In this document: positions 63,199 through 64,000 of the stretch, in pieces
How the letters are laid out: each line of letters starts with the position of its first letter
Numbering within the stretch: position 1 is the stretch's first letter
Origin: an uncultured delta proteobacterium
Lineage (GTDB): Bacteria; Desulfobacterota; Binatia; UBA9968
DNA length: 64,000 nt
Reading direction: 5' to 3'
Assembly (NCBI GenBank): GCA_963840855.1
Contig: CAWJBB010000027.1
Span: 128,001 to 192,000 of the forward strand
Made by a program: the position numbers and the translations under genes
The notes under the pieces: model-generated
The model's input: only the letters and a program-made list of their open reading frames with translations
What the model was told of the DNA's origin: nothing
Database searches by the model: none

Positions 63199-63726
63199 GG
63201 TAGCATCGTTCGTCGCTTAGCTCAGAAAACGAAGGGTACCACCTGAAATGGGGTGGGTCCCTTCCGTGAAATCAGGTGGGTCCCTTCGTTGAAATTGGGT
63301 GGGTACGTTCCGTGAAATCGGCCAATTGCAGCAGCCAAGACCGGAGGATAGTCGGTACCCAATACGAAAATGGATACGTACTAATAATATTTGAGAGTGA
63401 CGCGCCTCGTTTTTTCAAGGAAAAAGAGATTGCTCCAGGTTTGCTTGCGAAACTGAGGGCGATTGAGATTGAGCAATTTTACAGCGTACTTTGTATCCAT
63501 TCTTTTTTTCGTGACGATTGGCAGAAGCGTTACGATGCGGAACGGACGGTAACTGACAGATTACTGAATATAAGAAAGACGGGCAAGGAGCTTGTAGCGA
63601 TCCCGTAGAAAACGTCAATACTCGAACTCATCGACTCTTCGGCGCAATATACGCATTCTCTGTTGACGCCGTGTGCGTGCTATGTGAGCATGAGCCGGAG
63701 TTAAGGCTCCTCCAATCAACTTTCCG

Positions 63727-63912
63727 CTAGTTTCCAAGAAGCCGCGTTAACCGATCTGCCAGCCGGTATCCCGCCAGAATCATCCTTCGATCACCAATCC
63801 GGCTCGCGTTAACAACGTAGCCCACAGGAAGCACGGGAGCCGCTGCGAGCGCCGGAGTTAGGGAGGCCGTAAGGGAGCTATAGCAGGATTGCCGCCAGAA
63901 ATTGGAGGGCAA
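63727..63912 (-). CDS. Probable S1/P1 nuclease C-terminus (partial or frameshifted)
   Basis: LPVGYVVNASRIGDRRMILAGYRLADRL resembles the S1/P1 terminal helix. Confidence 0.5.
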   Translation of the reverse strand: MPSNFWRQSCYSSLTASLTPALAAAPVLPVGYVVNASRIGDRRMILAGYRLADRLTRLLGN

Positions 63913-64000
63913 AGCCGATAAGTAAAAGAATAATCGAGTAGTCTGTATAGGAATTTTAACCCACCTTTTTTTCTGGCCTGAGCAATATCGCCGGACCGGT

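Larger units (their letters stand above)
60636..63324 (-). mobile_element. Complete IS21-family element with 6-bp target duplication
   Basis: Ends TGCTCGATTTCAC and GTGAAATCGGCCA (TG..CA). Internal ~25-bp GGTGGGTCCCTT..TGAAAT repeats. ATTGCA at 60630-35 and 63325-30. Confidence 0.95.
60473..63608 (+). pseudogene. Secreted hypothetical protein split by IS21
   Basis: Removing the IS and one ATTGCA copy gives in-frame MRSSFR..YEQNGLYY-CSSQDRRIVGTQYENG..ELVAIP*. Confidence 0.85.

Noticed and set aside
60632-63330. Wider IS21 boundaries starting at TGCA
   Set aside because: Boundaries 60636-63324 give matching inverted repeats, a 6-bp duplication and an in-frame empty site.

Overview
GC-rich bacterial chromosome segment. 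The Bug/TctC, ABC substrate-binding protein and amidohydrolase content suggests Candidatus Binatia-like organisms, but this is inference only. 1-6.7 kb holds transport and amidohydrolase genes plus an IS110-family element inserted in a REP-like palindrome. 7-21.4 kb is a layered defence locus: a type I R-M operon (hsdM-hsdS-[SIR2-APAZ + short Argonaute, SPARSA-type]-[remnants, toxin-antitoxin-like genes]-hsdR-YgjP-like peptidase), a Fic protein, and a small GIY-YIG nuclease in the middle of a 10-unit alternating palindrome array. 21.6-31.6 kb holds core metabolic genes: hydantoinase/oxoprolinase A plus two B paralogues, SWIB, a ComD/ComE-like TPP decarboxylase, PPOX, Maf and Dus. 31.8-64 kb is an accessory mosaic of attC-bounded gene cassettes with no integrase, a 17-31 bp junction motif repeated 7 times, an ORF-less group II intron, four SRAP copies, phage-like remnants and an intact IS21 element splitting a secreted-protein gene. 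The strongest candidates for undescribed biology are the GIY-YIG/CGTC-palindrome array and the recurrent junction motif next to attC sites and SBP gene ends. All calls come from motif recognition by eye; no searches were run.
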